The notes beneath the pieces are model-generated. The model searched no databases. It saw nothing but the letters and a program-made list of their open reading frames with translations, and was not told where the DNA came from. A stretch of DNA of 64,000 nt from a virus. The translations under genes and the position numbers were made by a program. Of this stretch, positions 25,936 to 35,088 are shown one piece after another; the stretch's first letter is position 1; every line of letters begins with the position of its first letter. The DNA lies in IMG/VR virus record IMGVR_UViG_3300047496_000053, positions 7,305 through 71,304 of that record; one strand, written 5' to 3'.

Positions 25936-26838
25936 ATGAGCAACGAATTGACGGTCCCCGCTCTTCAGCAGTACCTCGTGCGCCACAAGCAATCGCTGGA
26001 GTTCGCGTTGCCCAAGCACATGAACCCGGAACGCATGATCCGGCTCACGCTCACGGCGTTTTCCACGAACAAGGCTTTGCGCGAATGCACCCCGACATCG
26101 ATCTTCGGGTCGGTCGTCATGGCCTCGCAGATGGGCCTCGAAATCGGCGTCGGCGGGCAAGGCTTCCTCGTGCCCTACCGGGCGAAGAACGGCAACGCAT
26201 GGGAAATGCGCGCGCAGTTCATTCCCGGCTGGCAGGGTCTCGTCGATCTGGCGCAGCGCTCGGGCCGCTCTTCGGTCTGGACCGGCGCCGTGTTCGAGGG
26301 CGACGAGTTCGACTTCCAGCTTGGCGATTCCCCGTTCGTGAAGCACAAGCCGGGCGGCGAGAGCGATGACGAAAAGCTCACCTACGTCTATGCCATCGGC
26401 AAGATCAAGGACGCGGAGAGCAAGATTATCGAGGTCTGGCCGATCAAGAAGATCAAGCTGCACCGCGACGAATACAACAAGGTCGGCGATCGCCACTACA
26501 GCTTCGCGAACCTGGAAATGTACGCGCGCAAGGTGGCGCTTCTCCAGGTCTTGAAATACATGCCAAAGACGATCGAGCTTGCCAACGCGATCATGGCCGA
26601 TGCCGCCTACGAGACCGGCAAGGAAGCGAAGATGATGGGCGACGTGGTGATCCTGGACGGCGACGAGGATACCCCGGCAACGCCGCCGCCAGCGGGCGCG
26701 GACCCGAGCACGATCTACCGCACCGAGCCGCGCAAGTCGAAGGCCAAAGCCGATGCCACCGATGTCAAGCCTTCGCCCGCGACCGCATCGAACCCCGACG
26801 GCAGCGCACCCGATCTGAGCCAAGTGCCGAGTGACTGA
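25936..26838 (+). CDS. recT: RecT-family single-strand annealing protein
   Basis: LPKHMNPERMIR, QMGLE, FLVPY, GWQGLVDLAQRSG, VFEGDEF, YARKVAL...KYMP. Confidence 0.85.
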   Translation: MSNELTVPALQQYLVRHKQSLEFALPKHMNPERMIRLTLTAFSTNKALRECTPTSIFGSVVMASQMGLEIGVGGQGFLVPYRAKNGNAWEMRAQFIPGWQGLVDLAQRSGRSSVWTGAVFEGDEFDFQLGDSPFVKHKPGGESDDEKLTYVYAIGKIKDAESKIIEVWPIKKIKLHRDEYNKVGDRHYSFANLEMYARKVALLQVLKYMPKTIELANAIMADAAYETGKEAKMMGDVVILDGDEDTPATPPPAGADPSTIYRTEPRKSKAKADATDVKPSPATASNPDGSAPDLSQVPSD

Positions 26839-26839
26839 C

Positions 26840-27118
26840 ATGGGCGAAATTTCGGATCAAGTGCTTGAGGGCTCGATGTGCCAAGTCTGCATGGAGTACA
26901 TCGACGACGGCGAAGATGCTGGCTTCCCTCGAACCTGCGCCGGGTGCCAGCGCGAGGGGGCATGGAAGGACGGCTCGTTGAGCAAGGGGAAATCCAAGGT
27001 CACGGAAAAGCCGCAAGCGGTCTACGCCGTTCGCTTTCACTGCCTCGGGCCCGGGTGCAAGCGGTCATTCACAACGGTCGAGGGGGTATCCGACCACTGG
27101 CGGCACAAGCACGTATGA
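26840..27118 (+). CDS. Small Zn-finger protein
   Basis: CQVC...GFPRTCAGC and a C2H2-like C terminus. Confidence 0.6.
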   Translation: MGEISDQVLEGSMCQVCMEYIDDGEDAGFPRTCAGCQREGAWKDGSLSKGKSKVTEKPQAVYAVRFHCLGPGCKRSFTTVEGVSDHWRHKHV

Positions 27119-27717
27119 CCGGCCTGGAATTCGAGCCCGAAGAGCACGTTTACAAATTCGACGGCGTAGTGGTGCCGAGCGTGACCGGGATCATCGAGCT
27201 TTGGAGCGAGGTCGCAAAACTGCCCGCCGAAATCCTGATTCCGGCCGGTATCCGCGGCTCCCGCGTCCACCTTGCGACCGAGCTTGACGACGAAGGGGAT
27301 CTGAACGAGGAATGGGCCGAAGAGGTCGGGATGATGGGCTACGTGCTCGGGTGGCGCAAGTTCAAGCGGGACCACGGGCTAGTGACCGAGGCGCGCGAAC
27401 AGCGCATCTATCACCCGCTGCACCGCTACGCCGGAACCCTGGACGTGCTCGGAAAAATGCTCTGGCCGGTAGGCCGTATCCGTAGAGAGTGCCGTACACT
27501 ACTGGACATAAAATCTGGCGTGAAAGATCCGACCCATGCGATGCAGACAGCCGGGTACAGCGCGCCGATCGGCCACCGGGGAAAGCGGGGATGCGTCTAC
27601 CTCACCGAAGACGGGAAGTACGAACTCGAAGAGCACCCATCGAATAATCACGATTGGGCGGATTTTCTGGCCTGCAAACGACAGTACGACTTCAACAAAA
27701 AGCACGGACTTTTATAA
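27115..27717 (+). CDS. PD-(D/E)XK exonuclease, likely RecT partner
   Basis: VPSVT, RGSRVH, YAGTLD, LLDIKSG, QTAGY. Confidence 0.75.
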   Translation: MTGLEFEPEEHVYKFDGVVVPSVTGIIELWSEVAKLPAEILIPAGIRGSRVHLATELDDEGDLNEEWAEEVGMMGYVLGWRKFKRDHGLVTEAREQRIYHPLHRYAGTLDVLGKMLWPVGRIRRECRTLLDIKSGVKDPTHAMQTAGYSAPIGHRGKRGCVYLTEDGKYELEEHPSNNHDWADFLACKRQYDFNKKHGLL

Positions 27718-27723
27718 GGGGAA

Positions 27724-28542
27724 GTGATGGAAACCGCAACCGAAGAAACCGCGCAAGACAACCTGCCGACGCTGATCGCTCAGGTCAAGTCGATCGCGAT
27801 TGTCCCGGACTACAGGATCACCAGCCAGCCCGAGGCCGAATCCGCTGCCGACAGCCTGCGCCGGGTGGCCGGGCTGATGAAGCGCGTCGACGCCGCACGC
27901 AAGGCCGCTCTGGTCGAGCCGCTCCAGGTCGTCGCCAGAATCCGAACCGAGTGGTCCGAGCCCGAAGACCTTCTCGAACAGGCCACCCGCACCCTGAAAT
28001 CGGCGATCGGCGCGTGGCAAACCCACGTCCAGGAAGAGGCCCGCAAGGCTCAGATCAAAGCCGAACAGGAAGCCGCTTCGGCGCGCGCTGCCGAAGCTGC
28101 CCGGCAAGCGGCGGCAGAGGCCAGTGCCCGCCAGCGCGCCCAGGAAGCCGAGGCGGCGGCGGCGGCGGCAGCGGCCGAGGGCGATCAAGCGGCAGCGGCC
28201 AAGCTCGCCGAGAAGGCCGCGGGGCTCGCCGAGAAGGCCGACATCATTGCCAGCGGCAGCGCTGAGGCAATCGCTCACGTCGAGATTTCCGCCCCGGCCG
28301 CGGCGGCGGCGCCCAAGTTTGAGGGCGTGAGCGGTCGGCAAAAGTGGACCGCCGAGGTCCGGGATCTGCGCAGGTTCCTCGCCTCGATCCTCGCCGATGA
28401 GTTCTTCGACATCGAGTCGATCGTCGACATCAAGAAGGGACCGCTCAACAAGTTGGCCGACACCTACAAAATGTCCCTTGCCTCAAAGTATCCGGGCGCC
28501 GTTGCCAAGCCCGAGACCGTCATCAGCGCACGCAGCAAGTGA
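27724..28542 (+). CDS. Ala/Glu-rich coiled-coil protein
   Basis: 272 aa, helical, adjacent to the recombination genes. Confidence 0.65.
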   Translation: MMETATEETAQDNLPTLIAQVKSIAIVPDYRITSQPEAESAADSLRRVAGLMKRVDAARKAALVEPLQVVARIRTEWSEPEDLLEQATRTLKSAIGAWQTHVQEEARKAQIKAEQEAASARAAEAARQAAAEASARQRAQEAEAAAAAAAAEGDQAAAAKLAEKAAGLAEKADIIASGSAEAIAHVEISAPAAAAAPKFEGVSGRQKWTAEVRDLRRFLASILADEFFDIESIVDIKKGPLNKLADTYKMSLASKYPGAVAKPETVISARSK

Positions 28543-28547
28543 GACCA

Positions 28548-28861
28548 TGGGGACGCGGCAAATGACCGGAATCAGGGCTTCGTCGAGGAAGCCTAACAAG
28601 AAGCGGGCGGCATTCGTTTCGGATCCGAACGTCGCGAGCCGCCGCGCCAATGCGGCGAAGCGGGCCCAGGAAAAGGCCCGGGAACGGTTCAGGGAGGGCC
28701 TACCGATCTTCCTGAAGAACCCGGAGACCCTGAGCATCCGGGAACTGCGCGCGGCCGTTGAGCGCGATCCTGGAGGCTTTCCGTCGCGGCAAAACGCGAT
28801 GCAGGTGGCCGACGCGATAGCCGCTCGCAAGGAGCTTCGGCGCCGGGGGTTCAATGAATGA
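28548..28861 (+). CDS. Hypothetical basic protein
   Basis: Packed ORF. Confidence 0.4.
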
Positions 28862-29001
28862 CCGCCTGCGCGAGAAGTTTCTGAAATTGGGTGCGATGGC
28901 GCTGATCTGGTTTTGGTGCTTGTTGGTTGCTTTTGGGTCAGGAATTTTCTTTCACAGTCTGGAATGGGCTTTTCGAGGCGGCTACGACTTTTGGGGGACA
29001 T

Positions 29002-29257
29002 TTTGAAAACGAACCCGCTCTACATCACCGAGACCGGCACCGAGTCGCGGCAATCGGTCTTCTACTTCACCGTTGGCGCGATCGCCTGCATCATCTTCGC
29101 GTTGCTGTTGCTCGGCAATTCCATCCGCAACGATCGCCGGGCCGACGCGCTTCAGCGACAGATCGATTGGTGCATCGCGAACCAGATGGAACACATGGTA
29201 AACGGTGACGCCGTTGTGTGCTACCGGCTCAGGCCGTACAAGGGACACGCGCGGTGA
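29002..29257 (+). CDS. Hypothetical membrane protein (start approximate)
   Basis: One TM segment FTVGAIACIIFALLLLG. Confidence 0.45.
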
Positions 29258-29348
29258 AACTCTTCCCGCGCGACCAGATCGATTTTTGGGCTATCTTTTT
29301 CGTGAGCATGGTCATCGTCGGACTGTGCATGGCAACCGCGATTTTTGC

Positions 29349-29377
29349 TTGACATTTTGTACGGTACAAGGTACAGT
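29349..29377 (+). promoter_or_regulatory. Early promoter 8
   Basis: TTGACA-TTTTGTACGGTACAAGG-TACAGT. Confidence 0.7.
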
Positions 29378-29520
29378 GTAGGTGTTGACTGATAGGAGGT
29401 TGAAATGGTCGGATTTCTCGGCGGTCTGGTTTGCGTGGTAGTGGGCGGCGTGTGCATGGCGATCCTCTTTGCGTGGGCGCAGGAAGATGCCCAGGAAGAG
29501 GCCCAAGCGGGCGGTCAGGG

Positions 29521-29973
29521 GTGAGCGGACCGTGGTGGGGTGTCGACCTTGACGGCACCCTTGCTCATTACGAGGGATGGAAAGGCGAGTTCCACATTGG
29601 ACCGCCTATTCCGGCGATGCGCGATCGAGTCATCGAATGGCTCGCCAAGGGTCGAGAGGTTCGCATATTCACGGCGCGTGTGGGCCCGCGAAGCGGCGGG
29701 ACCAAATCGGTCGAAGACATCATTCAGGTCATCCAGCTTTGGTGCGTGACACACATCGGCGTGCCGTTGCCGGTCACCTGCACGAAGGACTTCGGGATGA
29801 TCGAGATTTGGGACGATCGCGCGGTCCAGGTGATCCCGAACACGGGGATGCCGGTGGACGGTGGCGAAGAATCCTTGCGGGCCTGGATAGCGGCCAATGC
29901 TCCCGGTGGCTGGATCGACAATCTGCGCGAGCGCGTGAAGGCTCTGGAAGCCGAGCTTCGTGAAAGGGGTTGA
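29521..29973 (+). CDS. HAD-family phosphatase (Pnkp phosphatase-like)
   Basis: GVDLDGTL motif I, IFTAR, K, WDDRA. Confidence 0.75.
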   Translation: MSGPWWGVDLDGTLAHYEGWKGEFHIGPPIPAMRDRVIEWLAKGREVRIFTARVGPRSGGTKSVEDIIQVIQLWCVTHIGVPLPVTCTKDFGMIEIWDDRAVQVIPNTGMPVDGGEESLRAWIAANAPGGWIDNLRERVKALEAELRERG

Positions 29974-30106
29974 CCATGTTCCACGTTCCATTCACGGGCG
30001 CGAATAGCCGCACCTTCTTGGGGTGGATTTTGATCGCCGCATTGTGCGTCTTTTGTTCTTGCAGGCACCGGCAACCATGGCACTGACGAAAGTGAGGGGG
30101 AATTTA

Positions 30107-30355
30107 ATGACGACGTTAAACCTTAACCTGCCAAATATCGATGAGGAAGTGCCGCCGCAGGAACGCCACAACGCGGAAACCGACGTGATGGTGACGGTGC
30201 GCCTGGAGTTGCTGCGCAACGGGAACATGCGGACTTTCTTGACCAAGGGATCCCCGGGCGCCAGCGACAAGATCGCATTGGTGCTCGCGCGTGGGATGCT
30301 GGCTCAGGCCAATGCAACCTTCAGGGTCAGCGAGCACGACGGCAGCGCGATCTAG
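30107..30355 (+). CDS. Hypothetical protein
   Basis: GAGGGGG RBS. Confidence 0.5.
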   Translation: MTTLNLNLPNIDEEVPPQERHNAETDVMVTVRLELLRNGNMRTFLTKGSPGASDKIALVLARGMLAQANATFRVSEHDGSAI

Positions 30356-30356
30356 A

Positions 30357-30551
30357 ATGTACGTCCCGCCGTACTTCATTGCCGAACAGATCAAGGCTAT
30401 GATGCCGACGCCGTGCGAGGTCGTGCGCGGCGCCGACATCGAGGGACCGTACTGCCGTGTGATCGTCGCGGTGCAAAACGAATGGGCGGCGCACAGTTGC
30501 CCGACGATTTACGACGGGGTACGGATCATTATCGAAGTGGTGGATCCTTGA
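30357..30551 (+). CDS. Hypothetical protein
   Basis: Packed ORF. Confidence 0.45.
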   Translation: MYVPPYFIAEQIKAMMPTPCEVVRGADIEGPYCRVIVAVQNEWAAHSCPTIYDGVRIIIEVVDP

Positions 30552-30564
30552 AAGAAAGCGTTAA

Positions 30565-30831
30565 ATGTCAGATGAACCGCTCGATCTACCTGAACGCCCG
30601 GTCGGCTTTGCGCGCAGGCTTCAATGCCATTTCAATTTCGGGCGCGCGGGCGGCGCGGCGACATATTCGGTCCGTAGCGCCACTGGCAAGGAAATGCCAT
30701 TTGGCTACCAGTACGACACGCGCAAGAACGGCATGACCGGATTCAACGTCCCGGGCATAACCGATAGGGTTTTCACTTGGGACGAGATTCGAGAGCGCTT
30801 CGCGGCGCCAAAAACCGATGACCCGGCTTGA
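30565..30831 (+). CDS. Hypothetical protein
   Basis: 88-aa ORF. Confidence 0.55.
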   Translation: MSDEPLDLPERPVGFARRLQCHFNFGRAGGAATYSVRSATGKEMPFGYQYDTRKNGMTGFNVPGITDRVFTWDEIRERFAAPKTDDPA

Positions 30832-31051
30832 TGAGCTTCACGAATGCCACTGGCCAAGGTGCGGCCGGAAGGTGCCGCCTGCGCATTGAGGGTGCATGAC
30901 GCACTGATTCTTGCTGCCGGAATACCTGCGCGCGAAGCTGTTGCGCGCGTATCGGCCGGGCCAGGAAATCGACAAGCGACCGAGCCCGGCGTACGTCGAT
31001 GTCGCCAAGGAAATCCGGGCTTGGATCGCAACCTACGAGGCCATCGAATGA
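30818..31051 (+). pseudogene. Small Cys/His protein with two in-frame TGA codons (pseudogene or recoded)
   Basis: MTRLDELHECHWPRCGRKVPPAH*GCMTH*FLLPEYLRAKLLRAYRPGQEIDKRPS...WIATYEAIE; TGA at 30887 and 30905; final TGA overlaps the next ATG. Confidence 0.7.
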
Positions 31052-31308
31052 CCGGCGTTCGCGCCCGCGCGCTCTCGCTCTACAAGCCGCCGTTCCGCTT
31101 CGAGAGCGGCTACATTTGGGATGCCGGTGGGCAGATGGTCGCCGACCAGGATTTCGACCCTTCCACCATCGCCAGGGTGCGCGGATGGGGCCGTATTTGC
31201 TCGATGCCTCAGCCTGAAGCACTCCAGGATGAGGTAGGCAAGATCATTGCCGAGGCGCTGACGGCCTTTTGGGGCACGGAGACCGCCGCGGCCGAGGGAA
31301 CGAAATGA
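31048..31308 (+). CDS. Conserved hypothetical phage protein
   Basis: LYKPPF...GYIWD...VRGWGRI...LQDEVG. Confidence 0.7.
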   Translation: MTGVRARALSLYKPPFRFESGYIWDAGGQMVADQDFDPSTIARVRGWGRICSMPQPEALQDEVGKIIAEALTAFWGTETAAAEGTK

Positions 31309-32135
31309 GCGACGCACGCGACGAAGCACTGCGGCTAGCGAAGGAAGCTGGTCTGTCCTGCAATGACTATGGGCAGATATACGCGACTGGTAGCGGGGCC
31401 GTACTGATTGAGGATATTGCCAGCCTCATCGCACTTGCCCGTGCATCCGCAGCACCAGCCGTGGCGCAGGAGGCGGACAAAGGCCCGTGGACCGTTTACG
31501 TTGACGGCGGGTGTTTGCAGTCCGAAGACTTCACCCATGACGCGCGTCTATACATCAATGGTGACTTCTCCGACGACGCACAACGCATGGCCTACGCCAA
31601 AGCGCTCGCCGCGCAGCTAAACGCCGCCCCCCAACCGCAAGAGCCGGTGGCGTGGATGGTCGTGGCTCCGTGGGGCAATTCAGTTAGCTTTGAAAAGCCT
31701 GATTTTGGGCGTGCTGAGTGGAAGGCACCGGCTCAACAAACTATTGCGCTTTACGCCGATCCCCAACCACAAGCGCCTAGCTCGGATGACGTGCGGGATA
31801 AGAGGATTGCGGAAGCGCCCCGGCCCCCCGATATAACGCCGCTGCCGCTGGTACGGTATGGACGAACTGGGGCGGGAGATTCGATCCTGTTTCGCCCGAT
31901 GGCAGATGGGTACTGGACACCGTGGCATGTGGCGCAGGCGCACCTTGATGCCGCCCTTGCTGACGCACGCGATAAGGCACTGGAAGAAGCGGCTCAGATG
32001 TTTGAGAAGCGTTGTCCGCAATGGGATGACTGTGCCAATGCAATCCGCGCCCTGCGCACACATCCAGACTATAGCAACCCCAATGTAGATGCTTTCGCGG
32101 TGATGAAAGACTTGCGGGCCGCTTCGGAGAAATGA
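31305..32135 (+). CDS. Modular accessory protein (Ead/Ea22/DUF551-like mosaic)
   Basis: QEPVAW, ALYA.PQP, DGYWTPWH, ALEEAA...CANAIRAL modules. Confidence 0.6.
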   Translation: MSDARDEALRLAKEAGLSCNDYGQIYATGSGAVLIEDIASLIALARASAAPAVAQEADKGPWTVYVDGGCLQSEDFTHDARLYINGDFSDDAQRMAYAKALAAQLNAAPQPQEPVAWMVVAPWGNSVSFEKPDFGRAEWKAPAQQTIALYADPQPQAPSSDDVRDKRIAEAPRPPDITPLPLVRYGRTGAGDSILFRPMADGYWTPWHVAQAHLDAALADARDKALEEAAQMFEKRCPQWDDCANAIRALRTHPDYSNPNVDAFAVMKDLRAASEK

Positions 32136-32136
32136 G

Positions 32137-32391
32137 ATGACCACCAATTACACCCACGAAAAACAAGGCCAAGGCGATGCACCCGACGCGCTGACTGAAA
32201 TGCGCGCCGCGTTGATTGAAGCCGCTTCCGCGCTGGCGACGGTGGCAAATAACATCCGCCGCGAGGACAACGGCGTAACGCCGGTAATGGCGTCCATCGC
32301 GTACTTTGCGGACGCTGCTGTTGCCAGGGCCCGCGCCGCTGCCACGCCACACCGGCTCCGCACGGTGGATAGCACCAAGAGGGAAGAATGA
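32137..32391 (+). CDS. MTTN(H/Y)T-like small protein
   Basis: MTTNYTH...ARARAA. Confidence 0.55.
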   Translation: MTTNYTHEKQGQGDAPDALTEMRAALIEAASALATVANNIRREDNGVTPVMASIAYFADAAVARARAAATPHRLRTVDSTKREE

Positions 32392-32412
32392 GCGCCACTT
32401 CGGAGAAATGAG

Positions 32413-33021
32413 ATGACCACTCACTCTTGCAGCTACTACTGCGAGCGCCCCGAGTGCATCAAGCGGCAACGGGATGAGTTGCGGGATTCACAGGGTGCCA
32501 AGCCGGCGAAACCTCCTAAGCATAATTATTGGGGCGTTGGCGAGGTCGATTGTCCGCGCGATATAAAAGCGGGTAACGGCGAATTGCATTCCCTTCGCTG
32601 CAAGGTTTGCGGGGAAACCAATCCGCCAGATGAATTTTGCTGGAATGCCGCTCCCCCACCACAAGCATCCCCGCAAGCGCCTAGCCAAGAGCCGGTGGCG
32701 TATCGGTACATCATCGAGGACGGGGGCGGTCCAAGTTTTGATCGGTGGGAGTATGAGGATTTAATTTGCGGTGGGAAAGTGCCTAAAGACATAGGTGAGC
32801 ATCAATTACTCTACGCCGCCCCCCAACCACAAGGCGCCACTTTGGATGACGTGCGGGATGCGGCAAGGTGGCGCTGGATAGAGCAGCATTTCCGCGTACT
32901 CAGCCTGCACATAGATGGCAACCACCACTACTGCGCGACGGTACGAATTGGGCGCATCACTGGCCCGACGTTTGGCGCTGCCGTAGACGCCGCTATACAG
33001 CGGGAAAGAGAGAAGCCGTGA
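32413..33021 (+). CDS. Modular accessory protein
   Basis: HSCSYYCERPECI, QEPVAY, LYAAPQP, DAARWRW...AAVDAAI modules. Confidence 0.6.
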   Translation: MTTHSCSYYCERPECIKRQRDELRDSQGAKPAKPPKHNYWGVGEVDCPRDIKAGNGELHSLRCKVCGETNPPDEFCWNAAPPPQASPQAPSQEPVAYRYIIEDGGGPSFDRWEYEDLICGGKVPKDIGEHQLLYAAPQPQGATLDDVRDAARWRWIEQHFRVLSLHIDGNHHYCATVRIGRITGPTFGAAVDAAIQREREKP

Positions 33022-33148
33022 TGGGGCCGTTACCAGACCTAGATTTACCGTTCAAGACGATGATTGTATTGGCGGCTATCGGCTTGCTTGTGCTGATTTT
33101 AGCGGGCGGCGCATTGCTAATCGAATTGTTGATTCATTTGAGGTGGAT

Positions 33149-33769
33149 ATGAACGACACCACGCAGGAAGAACTGCCACCGCTCAATCGGTTCAACGCAA
33201 TTTGCTACTACAAGGATGAAGGGCACCCAGAAGCTGAAATGGTCAGTGTTCCTAACGGCAAATGGGTTAGCTACGAACACGCGGCGCAGTGCATCGCCAC
33301 GCTGAAAGCGGAGAACGAGAGGCTGCAATCTGATGCGAGGCTGTGGAAGGCGGCAGCGTTTCGATTGGCTGAGTCTGTGCTTGACAAGGGTAGCTATAGC
33401 TGGACGCCGCAAGAACTCGTTGATGCTTACAACAAGGAAAATACTGGGTATGCAGATAGAGTTGCCGCCCAATCCCAAGCCGCAGCACTACAGGCCGAAC
33501 TAACTGAAGCCAAGGCGCAATGGGCAAAGTGGGCCGGGCTGTATGAGCATGAACTTGACAATTGCAACAAGGCGGAATCCCAAGCCGCAGCAATGGCGGT
33601 GCTCCTGGAAGAGGCGCGGGAGTGGATGGGAGAGCCGCCAATTTACTTTCAACCATCCGCCCCTGGTTCATGGCGCGCTCGCATCGACGCAGCACTGGCC
33701 GCATGGAAGGGGAAGGCGCCTGTCGACTCTGCGCACCCGCCGAGCTACGTGCCGTTCAGGCAGCGTTAG
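33149..33769 (+). CDS. Modular coiled-coil accessory protein
   Basis: GAGG RBS; GKWVSYE, ARIDAAL. Confidence 0.55.
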   Translation: MNDTTQEELPPLNRFNAICYYKDEGHPEAEMVSVPNGKWVSYEHAAQCIATLKAENERLQSDARLWKAAAFRLAESVLDKGSYSWTPQELVDAYNKENTGYADRVAAQSQAAALQAELTEAKAQWAKWAGLYEHELDNCNKAESQAAAMAVLLEEAREWMGEPPIYFQPSAPGSWRARIDAALAAWKGKAPVDSAHPPSYVPFRQR

Positions 33770-34275
33770 GGACCAGCCTGCCCGGTGCCGCGCGCCCACT
33801 TGCGCCATTCAAGTTCGGCGTCGATGCCCGAGGTCGCTATGTCGAGGATTTGCTTGAGCGTGGCGGGGTCAAGACAGGCTCCAATTGTTTTTTCAGGTCC
33901 ATCAGCCGGTCCCGGGCTTGCTGCAATTCCAGGTCCGTCGGGCTTGACATCAAGCTCGGCGGGGCCTTGGATGGCGGTGACAGTACGGGTGATGGTAATG
34001 GGGTGTTGCAGCAACCCCACAATAGCGTCGGACATAACGCCAATCTGAGCAACAGCTTCATCGTTGACCTCTTTCGTAACGGTTTCGTCGGCGCGCGCCT
34101 TGTCGTCGATGATCTTTTGGGCATCAGCGGCTTTCTGCATGTCCTTAGCCTTCAGAGCAGCGTACTGGCTGGAGTAGTGCGCGTCAGCGGCGAACCACGT
34201 AGCTCCGCAACACCCGAGAAGGATCGCGATCGCGATTCCGATCTTGGCGAAGGTCAATTCGATGGTCGTGCTCAT
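33766..34275 (-). CDS. Putative i-spanin (Rz-like)
   Basis: N-terminal TM segment then coiled coil; follows the holin. Confidence 0.6.
   Translation of the reverse strand: MSTTIELTFAKIGIAIAILLGCCGATWFAADAHYSSQYAALKAKDMQKAADAQKIIDDKARADETVTKEVNDEAVAQIGVMSDAIVGLLQHPITITRTVTAIQGPAELDVKPDGPGIAASPGPADGPEKTIGACLDPATLKQILDIATSGIDAELEWRKWARGTGQAGP
33837..34061 (-). CDS. Putative o-spanin lipoprotein (Rz1-like), fully embedded
   Basis: MKLLLRLALCPTLLWGC lipobox followed by a Pro-rich segment, in another frame within Rz. Confidence 0.6.
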   Translation of the reverse strand: MKLLLRLALCPTLLWGCCNTPLPSPVLSPPSKAPPSLMSSPTDLELQQARDRLMDLKKQLEPVLTPPRSSKSST

Positions 34276-34649
34276 TCGGGTTTGCTCCAGGGTAGGCGTC
34301 CATCCCACTTCGACGCAAGCACATTTGCGACGGGGGCGCCGCTCCAGAATAACAAATATCCGATGAATTGGACATTGGTTATCGTACCGTCCAGGGTATC
34401 GTGCATCACCACCCAGGTCGAGAAAACGAAGCACCCGATCCCCCCGGCGTTGAGGTAGCTGAACTTGCCTTCGGCGTTCTTCAGCAAATTCATCAGGTCG
34501 ACGTTCTTGCGTTGCTGCGCCTTGGCCAGCACCCGCCAACAGCCCAGGAACATAGATAGCAGCATTCCCGTGGCGAGGTCCGCGTTCTTGGCCAGCCAAT
34601 ACCCCGCATTGTTTATCGAATAAATGATCGCGGCGACGGTATGGTCCAT
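34272..34649 (-). CDS. Putative holin
   Basis: 125 aa with about 3 hydrophobic segments, between the lysin and spanins. Confidence 0.55.
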   Translation of the reverse strand: MDHTVAAIIYSINNAGYWLAKNADLATGMLLSMFLGCWRVLAKAQQRKNVDLMNLLKNAEGKFSYLNAGGIGCFVFSTWVVMHDTLDGTITNVQFIGYLLFWSGAPVANVLASKWDGRLPWSKPE

Positions 34650-35086
34650 CACTGCACCGTGAGCACGAAGCTGTCGACCCCCGCTTGCGCAGCCATGAAC
34701 TTCTCGAAGGCCGTAACCGAGTTCAGGACCGCTTCTAGGCCGCCGATTTCCCCGAATGACTCGCCGGTCAGATGGCATCCTTCGGATTGGGTCTCGGGCA
34801 CATTGCCCCAATGGAACAAGAGACCGGAATGACCAGCGATGCCGGTAATTTCGAAAGTCTCGAAGGTCTTCGTCGCATTCGGGTGTTGGGGCGTCGGATT
34901 GTTGATCGTGTGGGTGCCGCGCACGCAAACCCATTGCCCGGTGCCTTCAATGGGGGCCCAGGTCACGCCGTCGGCCTGGAGGAAGGTATGGGTGCCAGTG
35001 ACCATCAAAAGCGCGCCAGTGTCGTCCGTGACGTTCGCGAAGGCGCCCTCGTGGTCGGTCCGGATGTAGGTCAGGGTCAGATCCAT
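34649..35086 (-). CDS. Putative endolysin, DUF5675/L,D-transpeptidase-like
   Basis: HSGLLFHWGN...SEGCHLTG (H-x-GN...S-x-GC) in the lysis position. Confidence 0.6.
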   Translation of the reverse strand: MDLTLTYIRTDHEGAFANVTDDTGALLMVTGTHTFLQADGVTWAPIEGTGQWVCVRGTHTINNPTPQHPNATKTFETFEITGIAGHSGLLFHWGNVPETQSEGCHLTGESFGEIGGLEAVLNSVTAFEKFMAAQAGVDSFVLTVQ

Positions 35087-35088
35087 GG

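Noticed and set aside
27115-27717. Cas4-like nuclease implying a CRISPR system
   Set aside because: It lies beside recT with no array or other cas genes, so a recombination exonuclease is the simpler call.
16566-29377. Repeated ~30-nt motif as a CRISPR array or integron attC sites
   Set aside because: The copies are hundreds to thousands of bases apart, match -35/-10 promoter geometry, and have no cas or integron integrase gene nearby.
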